A stretch of DNA of 61,838 bases, filler included, from Dimorphilus gyrociliatus (Eukaryota > Animalia > Annelida): NCBI GenBank assembly GCA_904063045.1. It is 4 parts of 4 records of this genome, joined end to end, with 100 filler letters (N's around TTAATTAATTAA, not from the genome) between each part and the next. Parts side by side here need not be neighbours in the genome. Positions count along the whole stretch, not along the records: positions 53,255 to 61,838 come from CAJFCJ010000022.1; 3 more parts are not named here. The stretch is one strand, 5' to 3'. Shown here one piece after another: positions 56,400 through 61,838 of the stretch. A model generated the notes under the pieces. It was given only the letters and a program-made list of their open reading frames with translations, was not told the DNA's origin and searched no databases. A program made the translations under genes and the position numbers. The first letter of the stretch is position 1; each line of letters opens with the position of its first letter.

Positions 56400-57330
56400 A
56401 AAAGCAATGGCACTTGCTTCAACTCTCCATTTTTTTTAAAAAATTATGTATTGAAAACATTTGAAAAATTGGAGCTTTTGCAATTGTGAAAGTATGGTTC
56501 ATGTTCAATATTTTTACTTTAGACAAGAGTTTTAACTGATGATCACTTGAAAAAACTAATATTCTTTCATTCCTTGAATAAATATCTTTCTTCAAAAATT
56601 CAAATCGCAAAAAAGTTAAATCAAGCTGAAAGTTTAATCCATTAGGTTCAGCTGTCCTATTTTCTCACCTGTTGTAGTTGGCTACTTCTTTGCAATTGTG
56701 CAAACTACATTTTCCATCTGAATGTTGCAAATGAATTTCCTCAGCAATTCTTTTACTTGATGATTTGATATCATTAGCAGATTTCTCCTTAATATTATTT
56801 CTGATTACAATCTGCTGTTTAGCATTTTTCATGGGTGAGTGATTGTATTCTTTTCTTCCACAATGGAAATTTTTTTCTTTTTGGATGACAGTAGCAGAAC
56901 ATTGAATGTATAGCCATTATAGATGAGAAGGTCTTTTCCTTTCTAACTTTCTTTTGGTAAAATTTTAAAATGACATTTGTTTGTATCACTTTTGGTTTGA
57001 TCAATATCAAAAGCACTTTCAAAAGACTCTTCCTGCATATCAGAGATTTCATCATCAGTCAGTATTTATTTCAATTTCATTGCTGAGCATAATATCTTCA
57101 TCATTCATAACATTTTGAACTTCAATTGAACAGTCAGCAAAGCTCTCCATGCTATTAAAAGAAAATGACAATCTCAACTCCCTTATGTATTCACTTTTGT
57201 CTTTTTCTTTTTCTTCATCTATTTTTTTCACTATTACAATACAATTTCTTCTTGAGATTTGAAAACAACTCAAACATAATGTTGAATTTGATGCTGGATC
57301 TGAATTATTTGATTTGTTGACATTATAAAG
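56400..57330 (-). pseudogene. Decayed MULE transposase fragment
   Basis: FLKKDIYSRNERILVFSSDHQLKLLSK..FSIHNFLKK parallels MULE-1 and MULE-2. Confidence 0.75.
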
Positions 57331-57357
57331 GCATAAAATAATACAAACTTTGAATGC

Positions 57358-57478
57358 TGAACCTTAAGTATGACAAACCAATGTCTGTGTTAGGCCATAT
57401 GTTATTGTATTCCCTCAAGTAGGTTTTAAGTAAGTTATAGATAATAGTATAACAATAAAATAGAACGAAAGTTGTACA
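57358..57478 (-). mobile_element. LTR family C terminal fragment
   Basis: Near-identical to 60590-60710. Confidence 0.85.
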
Positions 57479-58980
57479 ATACATATTTAGAAATTGATAT
57501 AATTAACACAAGTATTACAATATAAAAATAAAAAATCTATTCATGAAAATTTTTACAATATGTTTTCTCCATAGATTTAGACAAATTTTAAATATTTATA
57601 ACCAAATAGATCTAAAACAAACACTTGATATGAGCAAACTATTATTTCCCAAATTATAAATGATTGCAAAAAGTTGCATTTTTCTCCCTTGAAAATGTGC
57701 AATCTAAAACAGAATACTGGCTTTTTCACAGTATAAAAAGATTCCCTGAAAGCAGTAAGTAAACAATCTGCTTAAATATGAATGGTAGACTTTTAGTACC
57801 TTTCAAAATTTGCCATTATTTTAGAAAGAGTGCCCTTTGTCTGACCTCTATAACTTTCAGCCCAATTTAAAACTGATATTTAGTCTTAGTCTAACAACTA
57901 GGCTTATCCAGAATTATTTGATACCAAGAAAATAATTTATTGTATCCTTATGATTAGCTTAGTTTCAGAACTATTGTCTTTCATAAATGTGTCTGTCAAT
58001 ATGATTCTTTTAGTTCTTAGTTGTAAATTAATTCTTTTATTCTGTAAAATATAATAGGCAACATTTTCTTCTTCAGTCATATTTTAATCTTAATATATGT
58101 TTACAGATAATAATTTAAAAATTTCTAGGACATATTTTTAAAGAAAAATTTACCTTGATAAACTGAAAATCAGGGCAATGACCTTGCCACATAATACACA
58201 CTTTCAATAGTTACCTGCAGTCTTAATAATATCAATTCAAATATCGAATAAAATGTGTTTAAAATAGTATAGATTTCCTCTTAAAAGAAATGTTTGCTTT
58301 GACTTTCAAAGAATATTTTATCCTACATGTTCAAAGAGAATCAGTGACATTAGCCTTTTTAGTGAATTTTCTATGAAAAAACTTGGAATATATTAACAGT
58401 AAAAAAGTTATCAGTATAATGTTATATCACTTATATATTTCAACACATAAATACATACATGTTGTGTTTTCTCTTTGTTAAATGTCTATGAATAGACAAA
58501 TCTTTGAAAAACCAGTTTTAATAACTTTCTACTACAATTATTTTTAAACTGTTTTTAAATGTTAAAAATTCAAAAAACTATTAAAAAACGATAACTATAT
58601 ACAGTACCGGATTACACATGTGCAAACACATAAATGACCTTAAAATCTGGTTAAAAGTGACACTACTCAATGATCAGGGTAAATTTTTTGAACATAACTG
58701 ATGCTTGTGCTTTTCCATAAATAGGCCTACCACATTAAAATATCAATAATTCAGAGATTTGAAATGAAAAACGTATATTTTCTCTCTATAATGATAAGAA
58801 GAATATTACTAAATATAATAATATCCTTCATTTTCATTCTTTAAGTACAGAAAGAGAAAAAATCAAGAAAATATTATTTTTTTGAGGTGTAACAGTGACT
58901 TACCGCTGGTACTGTATACTCAACTACAAGTTGAACAGTTTCATTCTTTAGATAAAGAGCAAAAGTCTTCCTTTGCAAAA

Positions 58981-59389
58981 ATGAAATTTAAATTAGATTT
59001 ACTCTGTTACTTTCTGGTATTTGCTAACTCAGCTCCATTACAGATAGAAAATAGCAATGAAGGAGATTCTCTTGAAAATATCCTAAAAAAAGTATGGAAG
59101 TATAAATAAGCCGAATATAATTTCTTTCTTAAACACTTTATAATTCTGTATTTTAGTGGATTAAGCACCCTCCTCATTACTATGGATCCCATCAGCATAA
59201 AAAGGAAGAACCAGAAATTGAAGCCTTTAAAGACACTGAAGAGGAAGGAGATTCTCTTGAAAATATCCTTAAAAAAGTATGGAAGTATAAATAAGTCAAA
59301 TATAATGTCTTTCTTTAACATTTTATATGTTCATATTTTAGTGGATTAAACACCCGCCTCATTATTATGGTTCCCATCACCATGAATAG
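58981..59389 (+). CDS. Small secreted prepropeptide with two His-rich peptide copies; exons 58981-59091, 59157-59276, 59342-59389
   Basis: MKFKLDLLCYFLVFANSAPLQIENSNEGDSLENILKK/WIKHPPHYYGSHQHKKEEPEIEAFKDTEEEGDSLENILKK/WIKHPPHYYGSHHHE*; two phase-0 GT-AG introns that are copies of each other. Confidence 0.8.
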
Positions 59390-59667
59390 TGAAACCAGAA
59401 TTTGACGAACTAAAATATGGAAAAGATGAAAAAATGTCTATTAAAGATTTATTTAAAATAATGTGAAAAAATGAACTAATTTAGTTTTTTTTTATAACAA
59501 TCTATGTGTTTATTTATACTAATTATTTTTTAGTGATTAATATCCATTTCTCTAAGTAGTTGTCTATCATTTTCTTAAAAAATTTAATACACAATATCAC
59601 ATCTGATGATTAAAGGAGAACTTCTTAAAAATTGATAATATTGTAATGGTAGTCTTTTAGTTAGTGT

Positions 59668-60710
59668 TGTACTGCTTTGGTCTTGCCAATTTATGCATTG
59701 CAACTTATAACAGTACTGGTTCTACTCAAACCTTTAAACAAAGTGTTTAAATTAAAGTGGTTTATTGAAATGATAATACTTAACCAGGTAACAATATGAA
59801 AGTTCAGTAGCAGAGTAAGTAGTGGGTAACAGTGGGTTGCCAAGTTACCAAACTAGTGTTCAATGTTGAGGAAGTATACATGGCCAACAACTACAGAAGT
59901 CCTAGAATATACCACCATCATTCAGTTTGGAAAAGCATATTGGCAACCTCCAAATATGAAAATTACTACCAATCTTGACTACCTAGAAGACTGTCTACCA
60001 GGGCAGTCATACTGTGAAATAGAAGAAGCTATAATTGTCTTAAGAAACCTTAAAAATAATTTCACTATTGGACAACAATCACCATGGAAGAAAATTGGTA
60101 ACCAAGTTAGCTGTATAAAATTTGCTGGTCACTATTCTTGCCCAGGGTATTCCATTCTAGACATCCCTTACCAAGACAAATTCATTGATGGTATTGGTGG
60201 CCCTGGAACCAAAGTACTAGTGCCATTAGAAGAAAGGAATCTGATATTGGAAACAGCCAGTGAACAATGTTGAGGAAGTAGAAGGATCCCAGTGGGTGTT
60301 TGTTCCAGTTGATCCTCCCAGGTTGAGGTTAGCCAATTGGAGTGAAGCAGTGAGGAGTTATATACTTGAAGACTATTCTCTAGTGTCCAATCATCACTTC
60401 ACAACTGTCAAACTGTCTAGCTTACATTTATCTTTAGTAACAGGATGTTACAAGGTTCAACATTTAGGAAGGCTAATTGAATTATTACTTGACCACACCT
60501 TGGCTAAACTAATTAAATGGTATCTTGGCCACACCCTAGGCAAGCTAATTCAATATTAACTTGGCCAAAGCTTAATTGGTACTTAAGGATGAACCTTAAG
60601 TATGACAAACCAATGTCTGTGTTAGGCCACATGTTATTGTATTCCCTCAAGTAGGTTTTAAGTAAGTTATAGATAATAGTATAACAATAAAATAGAACGA
60701 AAGTTGTACA
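59668..60710 (-). mobile_element. LTR family C (diverged relative of A) carrying an internal env-derived insert
   Basis: TGTAC...GTACA termini, colinear with LTR A outside the insert. Confidence 0.85.
59877..60264 (+). pseudogene. env fragment (YTWPTTT...ETASEQ) homologous to ~31750-32130
   Basis: Near-identical translation to the env of the 29.5-34.9 kb element; flanked by a 16-bp direct repeat. Confidence 0.88.
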
Positions 60711-61838
60711 TTATTGATTATTGAATTTGATGAAATTTTTACAAGTCCAGAGGGTCAATGAGGGCGAAATTTTCAAAAACTTTTTTTGACTTCAAACTTG
60801 AATCCAAGTTTGCCCCTACATTGGGCGGTCAGAAAAAAATATTTGTATTTTTCTACCCAAAACCCAAAAATTTTCGATTTTTGAAGCTCAGCCACTCCTC
60901 AACTGTCAGATCTACATGGTTGTGTAGCATATCGTTGAAAAGCTCTTTTCAAGCCCTTTAACCTCCACTGAAAAAGAAAAGTCTAGGATGATGTATAACG
61001 AAACTCCTAAATGGCCCAGATTTTGGACACTTTCACCCAATCACTGTTTTCTTTGGACAAGTAGCAACTCAATGATATATATATGCTTAGGGTAGTGTGT
61101 ATAGTAAGGTCTGTTGACCCCAGTTAAACTAGTCACCCCCCTATATATATCAGACACACTTGTTACCAGACATTAGGAACACACTGAAAGATGTTGTAGT
61201 ATGTATGCACTTGCACTGTTATACTTTTGTCAATGTGGAGTGTTTGTGTTATAAGGGAAACCAGATGGGACCTTCTGTTGGGGAACCTTTGTTCACAACC
61301 AACTGTCAACCACCTGTTCTCTCCTTGAACAGAGAGATGTTTCCCCACAAAATTACCCTATTTTATTGACTTTGTTTATATACAGTTTCACTGTTCACCA
61401 TTACAGTACCACATCTTCTACTTGTTTCAAGCGTAGGTTCCTCTTTTGGTTTGAGTTGTATATTTATTCATTCTTATCAATCAGGACCACATATTATGGT
61501 TAGGATAAGGATAGAACCAGAGGTGATCTTCTGTTGAGTAACTGTTTGTTCACAACCAACTACCACCAGCTGTTCCTCATTAAAGAGGTGTTCCACCTAT
61601 CCTTCCCCATTGTAATATGTATAGTCCCATTAATCCTCATTCACTGTCAATTTCTCTTTGTATCTCCAAAAGGAGATTGATACCTGCAAAACTGTCATCC
61701 TGATCATCCCTCACCCAGCCATTTACTGTGGTGAGAATTGTATCATTACTGCTATCCAGGCCCTCTATGTTGTTCACAATAGAGAATTTGTTTTGTGGTT
61801 TGCTGAAGACTGTTTTTATCTGCCACCATGGGGATGGC

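Noticed and set aside
57480-58850. Possible decayed minus-strand coding region
   Set aside because: Only short open stretches in AT-rich DNA; no motif recognised
1-61838. tRNA or rRNA genes, and the many 60-130 aa antisense ORFs in the track
   Set aside because: No cloverleaf or rRNA signature was noticed by eye (tRNAscan not run); the short ORFs are mostly shadows of real exons or repeats

Overview
Animal genomic DNA, AT-rich with very short introns (about 42-120 nt). It consists of four contigs (1-14719, 14820-34904, 35005-53154, 53255-61838) joined by artificial 100-nt spacers (44 N + TTAATTAATTAA + 44 N), so adjacency across gaps is not evidence. A compact-genome spiralian such as an annelid is my guess only. 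Contig 1 holds CpG-rich host genes: an FBXL7 orthologue, a double-CCHC nanos-like/zinc-knuckle gene and a SULF1/2-type sulfatase. The rest is mostly a CpG-depleted transposon nest: several related LTR families, nested Mutator-like (MULE) elements with exact 9-bp TSDs, a decayed Ty3/gypsy RT, a Penelope-like element (PLE) and an env-bearing Ty3/gypsy element. Interspersed are secreted or membrane host genes: an ITIH-C-like pair, two prepropeptides, a Delta-like C2 protein and a TSP1-3xC1q protein. Best candidates for something new: (1) a PLE with an intact, apparently CpG-free 952-codon RT ORF, an SGNH-like N-terminus, a degenerate GIY-YIG domain, a second SGNH-like ORF and a minimal type I hammerhead ribozyme; (2) a Ty3/gypsy element with the order integrase - retropepsin - acidic linker - gB-like (class III) env; (3) an inverted env fragment inside an LTR, flanked by a 16-bp duplication; (4) two possibly related prepropeptide genes with unrelated mature peptides. 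All domain calls come from motif recognition by eye; no searches were run.
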